Below, one piece after another: positions 31,025 through 40,256 of a stretch of 64,000 nucleotides of DNA; the first letter of the stretch is position 1; each line of letters starts with the position of its first letter. The position numbers and the translations under genes were made by a program. This DNA is from an uncultured Desulfobacterales bacterium. Its GTDB lineage: Bacteria; Desulfobacterota; Desulfobacteria; Desulfobacterales; SpSt-501. Location: contig CALIUY010000003.1 of the NCBI GenBank assembly GCA_938048455.1, positions 27,206 through 91,205 of the forward strand. The letters are read 5' to 3'. The notes under the pieces were generated by a model. That model worked only from the letters and a program-made list of their open reading frames with translations, searched no databases and was not told the origin of the DNA.

Positions 31025-33184
31025 ATGAGCGCCAACGACCCCTGCCCGGTCGACGAGACCATCCGGCGCGTGCGCCAGGAGATCGATTCCGGAAAGCTCG
31101 CGCATCCCCGCAGCCGCCGGATCGCCGAGGAGATCCTCGATCTGCTGAACGACGTCGCCTGGGGCCGCGCCGGGGGGGACCACCTGGGGGCGATCGCCTC
31201 GCTCGCCGACGAGTTGGCCTCCGACCTCGAGCACCCGGCCGCCGACGCGCTCGCCCGCCTGCTGCTCGACGTCCTGAGCCGGAGGCGCGAGGTCTTCCAG
31301 AGCCACATCGACACCCACAACTGCGCCGGCGGCGACTGCGTGCGTCTCGTCCCCGCTCCCTGCCAGATGGCCTGCCCCGCGGGGATCGATGTCCCGACCT
31401 ACGTGAACCTGATCGCCCAGGGACAGGACGACGAGGCGATCGAGGTCATCCGTCGCGACAACCCCTTCCCCTGGGTCTGCGGCCTGGTCTGCACCCGGCC
31501 CTGCGAATTCATGTGCGTGCGCGGCCGGATCGACAAACCGATCGCGATCAAGCATCTCAAGGCCTTCGCCGCCGAGCGCGCCCTCTCCGAGCGCCGCTAC
31601 CGCAATCCGCCGCGCGAAGCCGACAAGGGGCGGCGGATCGCGGTGATCGGGGCGGGCCCCGGCGGTCTGACCGCGGCCTACTACCTCGCCCTCAAGGGCT
31701 ACGGCGTCACGGTCTTCGAAGACCTGCCGATGGCGGGCGGCATGATGATGCTCGGCATCCCCCGCTACCGCCTGCCGCGCGAGGTGATCGACCGTGAGGT
31801 CGCCATGCTCGAGGACCTCGGCGTCCGCTTCCGCTTCCAGACGCGTTACGGTCGCGATGTCGATTGGGCGACGCTCAAGTCCCGCGGCTACGACGCGGTC
31901 TTTCTCGCCGTCGGCGCCCACGCCTCCTTCCAGCTGAACATCCCCGGCGAGCGCGATTTCCCGCAGGTGATCGAGGCGGTCGCGCTGTTGCGCCGCGTGG
32001 CGCTCGGCGATCACCGCGCCCCGGGAAAACGCGTGGTGGTCGTGGGCGGAGGAAACGTCGCCATCGACGCCGCGCGCACCTTGCTGCGACTGGGCTGCGA
32101 GGAGGTGACGATCGCCTACCGCCGCAGCCGGGCGGACATGCCGGCCGACGTGGAGGAGGTGGAACAGGCCGAAGAGGAGGGCGTCCGTTTCCGCTTTCTC
32201 ACCATCCCCACGGCCGTGCACGGGGCGGCGGGCGCGGTGCGGGGGCTTGCCTGCGTGCGGGCGAAGATGGTGAAGAAAGACGACGGGCCGCGGCTCTTTC
32301 CCGTGCCCGTCGAGGGCAGCGATTTCACGATCGCCGCCGACACGATCGTCTCGGCCATCGGCCAGCGCATCGATTTCGATTGCCTGCGCGACCTCCAGGG
32401 CCTTGCTTGGAGCCGCCGGCAGACGATCCAGGCGAGCGCCGTGACCCAGGAGACCTCGCTTCCCGGCGTCTTCGCCGGCGGGGACGCGGTGACCGGGCCG
32501 GCGACCGTGGTCGAGGCCATCGGGGCGGGCAAGCGCGCGGCCGAGGCGATCGACCGCTGGCTCTCGGGCATCCCGCAGCCGACGATGCCGCCGGTCCCGG
32601 TGCGCCGCCGGCGCCTGGCCTGGATCGAGGTGCCGGCCAGCACCAAAATGACCCTCAAGCGGCCGGAGATGCCTTTGCTCAACCTCGAGCGTCGCCGGAC
32701 CACCTTCCAGCAGGTCGAGCTCGGCTATTCCGAGAACGCCGTGCGCGAAGAGGCCCGGCGCTGTTTGCGCTGTGATGTCTGCCTGCGCTGCGGCACCTGC
32801 GTCACGGTCTGCCGCGACCGCATGGGAATCGACGCCCTGCAGTTCGGCTTTCTCTCGTTCGACCGCCCCGGGCCGACCGATCTCCGGGTCACGGCGGAGC
32901 GCTGCATCCTCTGCGGCGCCTGCGCGGCCAACTGCCCGAACGACGCCATCCGCCTCGTTGACCGCGCCGGCGAGCGCCTGTTATCCTGGTGCGGCACCGT
33001 CCTGAACCGCGAACGGCTCGAGGTTTGCGAGGGCTGCGGGGCGGTGCTCGGCCCGCGACGCTACCTCGAATACCTGCAGAAGCGCACCGCCCCGGTCGGC
33101 CCGCTGCTGACCGGCAGGCTTCTGTGCCAGGCGTGCGCGCGGCGCGAAACCGCGCGCGTGCACTCGGAGATCCACCCGGCGTAG
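31025..33184 (+). CDS. GltD/NfnB-like FAD- and NAD(P)H-binding iron-sulfur flavoprotein with C-terminal 2x[4Fe-4S] domain
   Basis: GltD-type Cys region (PCQMACPAGIDVP...CGLVCTRPCEFMC). Dinucleotide folds VIGAGPGGLTAAYYL and VVVGGGNVAIDAART. GGDAVTGPATVVEAIGAGKRAA. C-terminal CLRCDVCLRCGTC / CILCGACAANCP. Confidence 0.8.
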   Translation: MSANDPCPVDETIRRVRQEIDSGKLAHPRSRRIAEEILDLLNDVAWGRAGGDHLGAIASLADELASDLEHPAADALARLLLDVLSRRREVFQSHIDTHNCAGGDCVRLVPAPCQMACPAGIDVPTYVNLIAQGQDDEAIEVIRRDNPFPWVCGLVCTRPCEFMCVRGRIDKPIAIKHLKAFAAERALSERRYRNPPREADKGRRIAVIGAGPGGLTAAYYLALKGYGVTVFEDLPMAGGMMMLGIPRYRLPREVIDREVAMLEDLGVRFRFQTRYGRDVDWATLKSRGYDAVFLAVGAHASFQLNIPGERDFPQVIEAVALLRRVALGDHRAPGKRVVVVGGGNVAIDAARTLLRLGCEEVTIAYRRSRADMPADVEEVEQAEEEGVRFRFLTIPTAVHGAAGAVRGLACVRAKMVKKDDGPRLFPVPVEGSDFTIAADTIVSAIGQRIDFDCLRDLQGLAWSRRQTIQASAVTQETSLPGVFAGGDAVTGPATVVEAIGAGKRAAEAIDRWLSGIPQPTMPPVPVRRRRLAWIEVPASTKMTLKRPEMPLLNLERRRTTFQQVELGYSENAVREEARRCLRCDVCLRCGTCVTVCRDRMGIDALQFGFLSFDRPGPTDLRVTAERCILCGACAANCPNDAIRLVDRAGERLLSWCGTVLNRERLEVCEGCGAVLGPRRYLEYLQKRTAPVGPLLTGRLLCQACARRETARVHSEIHPA

Positions 33185-33223
33185 CGGCGAACGGCGGCAC
33201 GAACGGAAACGAGGAGGCCCGCC

Positions 33224-33436
33224 ATGGCGTTTCACAAGGGGCAGAAAGTCGAAATCTACCGGCGCTCGAAGGACGAGAGCTGGGGGCCGCACATGGAGGA
33301 GTACATCGGCCGGCACGGCGTCATCACCGACCCGGACACGACGAAGAACGATCCCGACGCCCTGATCGAGGTGTCGATCGAGGGCAAAGGGACCCACCGC
33401 TTCCCCCAAGACTGCCTGCGGTTGCTCGAAGGATGA
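33224..33436 (+). CDS. small conserved-looking protein (70 aa), hypothetical
   Basis: GAGGAGG RBS 7 nt upstream of ATG 33224. Stop overlaps the next start (ATGA), which argues for real translation. Confidence 0.55.
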   Translation: MAFHKGQKVEIYRRSKDESWGPHMEEYIGRHGVITDPDTTKNDPDALIEVSIEGKGTHRFPQDCLRLLEG

Positions 33437-34209
33437 ACGACGAACCCCGCATTCCCGTCCGCGTGAACGACCGCGTCCTCGAGCTGCCCGCGGGGCGATC
33501 CCTGCTCACGGCCCTGCTCGAGGCGGGCGTGCGCATCCCCCATGTCTGCCATCACCCCGCCCTGCACCAGGCGGCGGGGGTGTGCCGCCTGTGCACCGTG
33601 GAGGTGAGCGCCGCGGGCCAGCCCCCGCAGACGAAGCGGTCTTGCCTGTTGAAGGTGACCCCGGCGCTGGAGGTCCGCACCGAGAGCGCCGCCGTCCAGG
33701 CCGCGCGCGAGAAGGCGATGCGGGCGCTTTTGCGCCAGGCGCCGCAGGCCGAGCGGCTGATCCGCCTCGCCGCGGAGTTCGGCATCCGCATCGACCCCGC
33801 CCCCGACGGCTGCATCCGCTGCCTGCTCTGCGAACGCATCTGCCGCGAGGTGGTGGGGGCGGCCGCCCTGCGGCTGGGAAAGCGGGAAGGCCTCCGGCTC
33901 ATCGAGCCGGTCGAGGGCCGCTGCATCGGCTGCGGCACCTGCGCCAATGTCTGCCCGACGCAGGTGATCCACGTGCACGACGAGGAGGCCGTGCGCGTCA
34001 TCTCGATCCGCGGCGAGACGATCGGCCGCCACCCCCTCGCCGTCTGCGAGGGCTGCGGTCGGCGCTTCGCCACCCCGAAGTTCCTGGAGGCGGCCCACGT
34101 CCGCGCGGTCGACCATCACCCCGACGTGAAGGAACACCACCGCTTCTGCCCCGAGTGCGCCAAGCGCCACTCGGGCCGCGTCTCCGCCCTCACCACCCGC
34201 CGCTATTGA
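33433..34209 (+). CDS. [2Fe-2S] (NuoG N-terminal-like) plus 2x[4Fe-4S] ferredoxin protein
   Basis: ATG 33433 within listed ORF 32989..34209. IPHVCHHP...GVCRLCTVEV is a 2Fe-2S-type motif. Then CIRCLLCERIC and CIGCGTCANVCP. Confidence 0.75.
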   Translation: MNDEPRIPVRVNDRVLELPAGRSLLTALLEAGVRIPHVCHHPALHQAAGVCRLCTVEVSAAGQPPQTKRSCLLKVTPALEVRTESAAVQAAREKAMRALLRQAPQAERLIRLAAEFGIRIDPAPDGCIRCLLCERICREVVGAAALRLGKREGLRLIEPVEGRCIGCGTCANVCPTQVIHVHDEEAVRVISIRGETIGRHPLAVCEGCGRRFATPKFLEAAHVRAVDHHPDVKEHHRFCPECAKRHSGRVSALTTRRY

Positions 34210-35786
34210 CCGCCCGCGGCGCCCTTGACCTCGATCCCCTCCGGGGTGACGAGCACATCGAGCCCCGTCCGCCGCCAGGTCGCGCGCGCCTGCTCGATTG
34301 TGTCCACGAGGGGTTCCTGGCAGTTGAAGGAGGTGTTGAGCAGCAGCGCGCAGCCCGTTTTCTCCCGCCACAGCCGCAGCAGCGCGAGCAGAAACGGGTC
34401 GTCGCCCTCCTCGAGGATCTGGGGCCGGGTGGTGCCGTCCACGTGGGTCACGGCCGGGACGCCGTGCGCGGCGACGGGGACGATGTAGGACATGTACTTT
34501 CCGGGAACCCCCCAGTCGCCGCCGAGGACCATGGGCGCGTAGGGGCGGTACCACTCGCGTTGCTTCACCTCGCGGTTGAGCCGCTCCTTGCCGTCGACGA
34601 TCCGCGGGTCGAGCAGGATGCTGCGGTGGCCGAGCGCGCGCGGGCCGGACTCGGCGCGGCCGTAGCAGAGGCCGACGCTTTTGCCCTCGAGGAGATGGCG
34701 CACGATCTCTCCGGCCCACGCTCCCCGGATCCCCCCGACGTCGGTGCCGAGGTAGGGGGAAAGCGGCCGGGGGGTGCGGGGACGGCCGAGCACATGGTGC
34801 CAGACGAAGAGCGCCTGACCCAGGCTCAGGCCCCCGTCGTGGGGCTGGGCGGGAACCCAGGTGGAGGCGAAGAGGCCGCTTCGGTGCACGGCGGTGTTGG
34901 CGATGCAGTTCATCGCGCAGCCGCCGGTGAGGACCACGTGCTCGACCGGCCGGCGCTTCTTCAGGCGCCGGGCGGCCTCCAGAAAGAGATCGGTCGTGAG
35001 CCGCTGGAGCGAAGCGCAGACGTCCTGGGCGAAGGGGTCCGCGGGATCGAGGGCGAGCTCGTCGCCGCGGCCGAAGCGGAACGTCTGGAAGGGCGCGTAG
35101 GGGTAGTAGAGCATCTGCTCGCGCAGGACCTCCACGATCTCCTCCCGCGGCGTGCCGTAGCTCGCCAGGCCCATGAGTTTGCCGGCGCCCTCGAGCCGCT
35201 TCATTCCGAAGTTGTACTCCCCGAGCGAGGCCCAGACGGCCCCGATGTTGAGCTGCATCCTCTTTTTCTCGTAGCCCCAGCCGTACTCGATCTCGTGGAT
35301 GCGGTTTCCCGCGCCCCAGGCCATGGCGCAGGCGCGCAGATCGCCGCTGCCGTCGGCCGAGAGAATGCCCGCCTCCTCGAAGGGCGAGGTGAAAAGCGCG
35401 CCCGCGGCGTGGGCGAGGTGATGGTCCACGGCGAGGGCCTCGTAGCGGCGGCCGAAGAGCCGGATGCGGTGGCGGCTCATGCGCCCCTCGGGCGGCCCGC
35501 ACCAGCCGTCCTCCTTGTAGTCGGGCCGCTCGTCGTAGCGTTCGCCCTCGATCTCGAGCGCCAAGACCGCGCCGTCCTTGGCCGGCCGCAGATAGGGGTT
35601 GAAGACCACCAGATCGATCGACGCCGGCGTCCAGCCGTAGCGCTCCAGGATCGCGGCGAGGTCCATCGGGCCGGCGTCGTGCTTGCGGCGCGTGAGGCGC
35701 TCTTTTTCGAGAACGCAGACCACCTCCCCCTCCTCCAGGAGGGTCAAGTTGGCGTCGTGCCCGAAATAGAAGGAAAGGATGCGCAT
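34203..35786 (-). CDS. carbamoyltransferase (NodU/CmcH family)
   Basis: ATG 35786 within listed ORF 34203..35912. MRILSFYFGHDANL, DHHLAHAAGALFTSPF, LTGGCAMNC, LLNTSFN motifs. Confidence 0.8.
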   Translation of the reverse strand: MRILSFYFGHDANLTLLEEGEVVCVLEKERLTRRKHDAGPMDLAAILERYGWTPASIDLVVFNPYLRPAKDGAVLALEIEGERYDERPDYKEDGWCGPPEGRMSRHRIRLFGRRYEALAVDHHLAHAAGALFTSPFEEAGILSADGSGDLRACAMAWGAGNRIHEIEYGWGYEKKRMQLNIGAVWASLGEYNFGMKRLEGAGKLMGLASYGTPREEIVEVLREQMLYYPYAPFQTFRFGRGDELALDPADPFAQDVCASLQRLTTDLFLEAARRLKKRRPVEHVVLTGGCAMNCIANTAVHRSGLFASTWVPAQPHDGGLSLGQALFVWHHVLGRPRTPRPLSPYLGTDVGGIRGAWAGEIVRHLLEGKSVGLCYGRAESGPRALGHRSILLDPRIVDGKERLNREVKQREWYRPYAPMVLGGDWGVPGKYMSYIVPVAAHGVPAVTHVDGTTRPQILEEGDDPFLLALLRLWREKTGCALLLNTSFNCQEPLVDTIEQARATWRRTGLDVLVTPEGIEVKGAAGGQ

Positions 35787-35980
35787 GCGGCGGGTTCCTC
35801 CCGGCGGGAAATGACGGCCGCCGATCGTAGGGCCCGGGCCGGGAGCTGTCAAGCCGCCGGCCCGGGGTTTGAGCGCTCGGCCCGGATGTGATACCCCTCT
35901 ACCGGAAAGCAAAAAAGCGGGGCCGGGCCGTCGCCCGCCTCCGCTCCTTCATCACCCCGCAAAGCGAAAGGAGAGTTCTC

Positions 35981-36526
35981 ATGGCGCAGAAATCCCGCGA
36001 GGAACGAAAGCAGAAGGTGATCGAGGTTCTCAACCAGGCGCGCGCGATGGAGCTGCACGCCATCCACCAGTACATGAACCAGCACTACAACCTGGACGAC
36101 AAGGACTACGGCGAGCTTGCGGGCAAGATCAAGCTGATCGCCATCGACGAGATGCGCCACGCCGAGATGTTCGCCGAGCGCATCAAGGAGCTGGGCGGGG
36201 AGCCGGTGACCGAGCACGGCCACAAGGTGCAGAAGGGCCAGAAGATCGAGCAGCTCTTCGCTTTCGACGCCCGGCTCGAGGACAACACCATCGATGTCTA
36301 CAACGGCTTCGCCGGAATCTGCCGCGAAAACGGCGACAGCCTCACGATGAAGCTCTTCGAGACGATCATCGCCGAGGAACAGATCCACTACAACTACTTC
36401 GACAACGTCGACGAGCACATCCAGACGCTCGGCGACACCTTCCTCGCCAAGATCGCCGGCACGCCCTCCTCCACGGGGCTCACCCCGAAGGGGTTCGCCG
36501 TGGGCACGGGAGGCGAAGCGGCCTGA
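35981..36526 (+). CDS. bfr: bacterioferritin-family ferritin-like protein
   Basis: ATG 35981 preceded by AAAGGAGAG. Di-iron and haem-Met region ELHAIHQY ... IAIDEMRHAEMFAERI ... IIAEEQIHYNY. Confidence 0.75.
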   Translation: MAQKSREERKQKVIEVLNQARAMELHAIHQYMNQHYNLDDKDYGELAGKIKLIAIDEMRHAEMFAERIKELGGEPVTEHGHKVQKGQKIEQLFAFDARLEDNTIDVYNGFAGICRENGDSLTMKLFETIIAEEQIHYNYFDNVDEHIQTLGDTFLAKIAGTPSSTGLTPKGFAVGTGGEAA

Positions 36527-36534
36527 GCCGCGCT

Positions 36535-37818
36535 TCAGTCACGGCGCCGGGGGGCCCGCTCCAGGGCCTCCCGGTGCAGCCGCGCCAGCGCCCCGACGAG
36601 CCGGCGGTTGTCGAACTCCGCGCGCACCCGCTCGCGCGCCGCGGGAAGAATCCGCCGCCGCAGCTCCCCGTCGGACAGCAGCCGGCGCATGGCCGCGGCG
36701 AGCGCGGCCGCATCCTGCGGGGAGACGAGCAGCCCCGTTTTCCCCTCCTCCACGAGCTCGGGGATCGCCGAGACGCGGGTCGCCGCCACGGGAACCCCCA
36801 TGCCCATCGCCTCGAGGAGCACGTTGGGGATCCCGTCGCGGTCGCCGTCGGGGGCGACCTCGCTCGCCAGGACGAAGAGGTCGGCGCGGCGGTATTCCTC
36901 GCGCACGGCCTCGTGGGCGAGCGTTCCGGCCAGCCGGCAGTCCCCCTCGAGGCCCAGCCCGCGCAAGAGCCGCTGCAGGTTCTCCCGCTCGGGCCCCTCG
37001 CCGACCAGCGTGTAGACGAACGAAACCCCCTCGCCCTTCAGCCGGGCGAGCGCCTTGAGGATCGTGGGGATCCCTTTCTTGGCGATCAGCCGCGCCACGG
37101 TAAGGATGCGGTAGGGCGGACGGACCGTGAAGCGCAGCTCCGGGCCGGAGTCGAAAAAGCGCGTGTCGATCCCGTGGTAAAAGCGGTGGATGGGGGTGGG
37201 AAGCCCGGCGGCGATGCGCCCGAGGTGGCGCGCGTTGTAGTCCGTGCAGGTGACGACGAAGCGGGCGCGGGCGATCTTCTCGCGCAGTTGCGCGGGATCC
37301 GTGGTGTAGATGTCTTTGGCGTGCGCCGTGAAGCTGAAGGGCAGAGCGGCGAGCGCGGCCGCGTAAAGCGCGACCGAGGCCGGCGAATGGGCGAAATGGG
37401 CGTGCAGGTGGACGATCCCGCTTCCGGGAAGAAGCCGCTCGACCAGCCAGCCCGCCTGGAGAAAGTGCCTCAGGCTCGCCGGGTTTCCGCTGCGCCGGAG
37501 CCGTTTCAGGGCCAGCCCCAGACCCGCCGCGTAACGCCGCGGGCGACGCAGGCCGAGAATCAGGTTGCGGAAAAGCAGCCGCGGGGCGTGGGGAAGAAAG
37601 GTCTCCGGCAGGTAATCCACCCGCGCGCGGATCGCCCGGACCACCGGATGCGCGATCGCCTCGCGGCCCGGGCGCATGGAGAGGATGCGGATCGCGAGCC
37701 CCGCCTCCTCGAGCAGGCGGATCTCGTGGGCGATGAAGGTTTCCGAAATCCGGGGGTAGCCCTTGAGGATCATCCCCAGAACCGGCGGGCCGGAGGAGAG
37801 AGCGGAGATGGCGGGCAT
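36535..37818 (-). CDS. glycosyltransferase family 4 (WcaL-like)
   Basis: N-terminus ILKGYPRISETFIAHEI. C-terminal GT1 fold with GIPNVLLEAMGMGVPVAATRVSAIPELVEEGKTGLLV (E-x7-E region). Confidence 0.8.
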   Translation of the reverse strand: MPAISALSSGPPVLGMILKGYPRISETFIAHEIRLLEEAGLAIRILSMRPGREAIAHPVVRAIRARVDYLPETFLPHAPRLLFRNLILGLRRPRRYAAGLGLALKRLRRSGNPASLRHFLQAGWLVERLLPGSGIVHLHAHFAHSPASVALYAAALAALPFSFTAHAKDIYTTDPAQLREKIARARFVVTCTDYNARHLGRIAAGLPTPIHRFYHGIDTRFFDSGPELRFTVRPPYRILTVARLIAKKGIPTILKALARLKGEGVSFVYTLVGEGPERENLQRLLRGLGLEGDCRLAGTLAHEAVREEYRRADLFVLASEVAPDGDRDGIPNVLLEAMGMGVPVAATRVSAIPELVEEGKTGLLVSPQDAAALAAAMRRLLSDGELRRRILPAARERVRAEFDNRRLVGALARLHREALERAPRRRD

Positions 37819-37819
37819 G

Positions 37820-39019
37820 TCAGTCCGCGAGCCCCCGGAACTCCCGCAGGCGCTCCCTCATGACTTCGATTCCGGTCAAGGGGAAGCGGGCGATCGCCTC
37901 GCGGAAGGGCGCGGGGTCCTCGAGGATTTTGTCGATCCGCTCCCGCAGGCGCTCGGGGGAGAGATCCTCCCAGGCGAGAAGCTCGATCAAGCCGCGCGCC
38001 CGGAAGGCCTCAGCCCGCAGCGCCTGCTCGCGGCGCGGGGTCTCCCGCGGAACGACCAGGGCGGGCGTCCCTACGCTCAAGAGCTCGCAGAGGGTGTTGT
38101 AGCCTCCCATGCAGACGACGAGATCGGCGGCGGCGAAGAGCGTCTCCATGCGCCGGAAGAAGTGGTACATGCGCGCGCCCACCTTCCGCGCGCGACGGGC
38201 GATCCCCTTGCGCTCGGCGCGGGGCATGAAGGGGCCGGTGATCAGAATGCTGCGGAAGGGGGCCGCCCCGGCTTGCGCCTCGAGCAGGGAGAGAAAGGCG
38301 TCCATCACCGGAAAGCCGTCCCCCCCCCCGCCCGTGGTCACGACCACCAGGCGCTCCTCTTCCCCGATCCCATGCTCGCGCCGCAGCCCCTGCACGGCCT
38401 CGGCCGAGGGGACCTTCCGCGGGATGTAGCCCGTGAAGCGGAAGCGGGCGGCGAGGCTCTCGGGGATGGCGTACTCGCGGATGGGATCGTACAGGTTTTG
38501 TTCGCCGTAGACCCAGATCTCGCTGTAGAGCTCCTCGAGCGCCGCGTAGGCCCCCTTTTCGCGCCACTCGCGCCGGGTGGTGGCGGCGTCGTCCATGATA
38601 TCGCGCAGGCCGAGCACCGTGCGCGTCCCCGGCCGCGAGCGCTTGAGCCACTGCAGGGCGGAGAGCACCTCGCGCTTGAGCCCCAGAGGCTCCTTGTCCA
38701 CGATGAACAGCTGGGGCTGGAAGCTCTTCACCGTGGCGGTGATGATGCTCTTGCGGATGTCGAGGGCGTGGCGCGGGGTGATCTTGATCGAAAGCGGAAG
38801 GTACTCCTCGTTGGTGCGCTTGATCATGCCGGGGATGCGCACGAAATCGATCTGCTCGGGGAAGCTGAAGCGGCCGGCGATGGGCGAGCCGGTCAGGATG
38901 AGGATGTTCAGCCGCGGGGCGAGCAGGTGTACGGCGATCGCCAGGCTGCGGCGGATGTGGCCCAGCCCATAGGTGTCGTGCGAGTACATGAGAATGTTGT
39001 AAGTCGCGTTGCGGGCCAT
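37820..39019 (-). CDS. GT-B glycosyltransferase (MurG/GT28-like, COG4671-type)
   Basis: ILMYSHDTYGLGHIRR N-terminus; C-terminal VCMGGYNTLCELLSVGTPALVVP. One-nt gap to the downstream GT4 gene. Confidence 0.7.
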   Translation of the reverse strand: MARNATYNILMYSHDTYGLGHIRRSLAIAVHLLAPRLNILILTGSPIAGRFSFPEQIDFVRIPGMIKRTNEEYLPLSIKITPRHALDIRKSIITATVKSFQPQLFIVDKEPLGLKREVLSALQWLKRSRPGTRTVLGLRDIMDDAATTRREWREKGAYAALEELYSEIWVYGEQNLYDPIREYAIPESLAARFRFTGYIPRKVPSAEAVQGLRREHGIGEEERLVVVTTGGGGDGFPVMDAFLSLLEAQAGAAPFRSILITGPFMPRAERKGIARRARKVGARMYHFFRRMETLFAAADLVVCMGGYNTLCELLSVGTPALVVPRETPRREQALRAEAFRARGLIELLAWEDLSPERLRERIDKILEDPAPFREAIARFPLTGIEVMRERLREFRGLAD

Positions 39020-39196
39020 GGGCGGCTCTCCGCTCGAAAAGGCGCCGAAAATGGGATTTTATAGTGAAATTCGAGGGATCTTGTCAATTCGCGCTCTTCC
39101 CCTGAGACTCTTCGTTATGCTATAGTCGGCCTCTCCGCAGGCCTTCCGGGTAGGCCTTCGGGGGAAGAGAGTTTCCATCATCCAATCAGAGGATTC

Positions 39197-40192
39197 ATGG
39201 CCCGCTCCGAGGTTCATCCCGTACACCGCTTCGAGCCCTGGCAGGTCTGGCCCGGCTCCTACGACAATCCGGCCGCCGACGGCGACTTCCCCCGGCCCCC
39301 GGATCTGGGCTTCACGATCACGCGCCGCACCCGGATCGCCTCCATGGGAAGCTGCTTTGCGCGCGAGATCAAGCGCCGGCTGCTGCAGCGCGGCTTCGCC
39401 TACATCCAGGAGGAGGCCCACCACCCCGCCGCAGCGCACGCGAGCGCGGCCTGGGAGCGGGTCTACAACACCTTTTGCATGCGCCAGATCGTGGAGTACA
39501 GCTTCGGCGACTGGAACCCCGCCCTTCGCTGGTGGCGGACTCCGGTCTCGGCTCGCATCCAGGACCCCTTTCGCCGCGCCGTGCTCTACGAGACGCTTGA
39601 GGAGGCCGAGGCCGACTTCGCGCGCCACCGCGGGCACTCGCGCCGCGCGCTCGCGCAAGCCGAACTGCTGATCCTCACCCTGGGGCTGACCGAGATCTGG
39701 CGCGACCGCGAGGACGGCTCCGTGATCAGTCTTCCCGGCGGGCCCTACGTGAACGAGGGCGGAGAGCTTTCGCGCTACGAATTCACGGTGAGCCGGGTGG
39801 CGGAAAACCTGGAAAACCTCGAGCGCATCCACGCCCTTCTTTCCGCCCACAACCCGGGCTGCCGCATCCTCGTCACCGTCTCGCCGGTCCACCTCTGGGC
39901 GACCTTCCGCCGCGACGCCGATGTGCTGAGCGCCAGCTGCAACTCGAAGAGCACGCTTCGGGCCGCGGCCGACGAGTTCGTCGGCCGCCACGACAACGTC
40001 TTCTACTTTCCGGCCTTCGAGATGGCGACCCTCTACCGGCCGATCGTGGGCAAGAGCTGGTTTGCCGAAGGCCGCGAGAACTTCCACGTCGACAAGGCGA
40101 CGGTCAAGTTCATCATGAACCATTTCTTCCGCTGGTACGCCCCCGCGGAGCCCTGCGCGCCCTTCGCCGTCGAGGACGAGGGGCTCTCTTGA
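39197..40192 (+). CDS. GSCFA domain-containing protein
   Basis: Eponymous motif in [12 protein letters not shown]; [11 protein letters not shown]; VTVSPVH. Confidence 0.7.
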   Translation: MARSEVHPVHRFEPWQVWPGSYDNPAADGDFPRPPDLGFTITRRTRIASMGSCFAREIKRRLLQRGFAYIQEEAHHPAAAHASAAWERVYNTFCMRQIVEYSFGDWNPALRWWRTPVSARIQDPFRRAVLYETLEEAEADFARHRGHSRRALAQAELLILTLGLTEIWRDREDGSVISLPGGPYVNEGGELSRYEFTVSRVAENLENLERIHALLSAHNPGCRILVTVSPVHLWATFRRDADVLSASCNSKSTLRAAADEFVGRHDNVFYFPAFEMATLYRPIVGKSWFAEGRENFHVDKATVKFIMNHFFRWYAPAEPCAPFAVEDEGLS

Positions 40193-40256
40193 CTCGGGTT
40201 GCGCTCTCCGCGACAATGACCCGCCGGCTCCGAGCCCCGGCCGGGAGGAAGAAACC

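Noticed and set aside
28201-31320. 1039-aa ORF on the minus strand.
   Set aside because: It lies antisense to the motif-rich MopB and FeS genes. The translation is Arg/Ala/Gly-rich low-complexity sequence with no motifs. This is a typical GC-content artefact.
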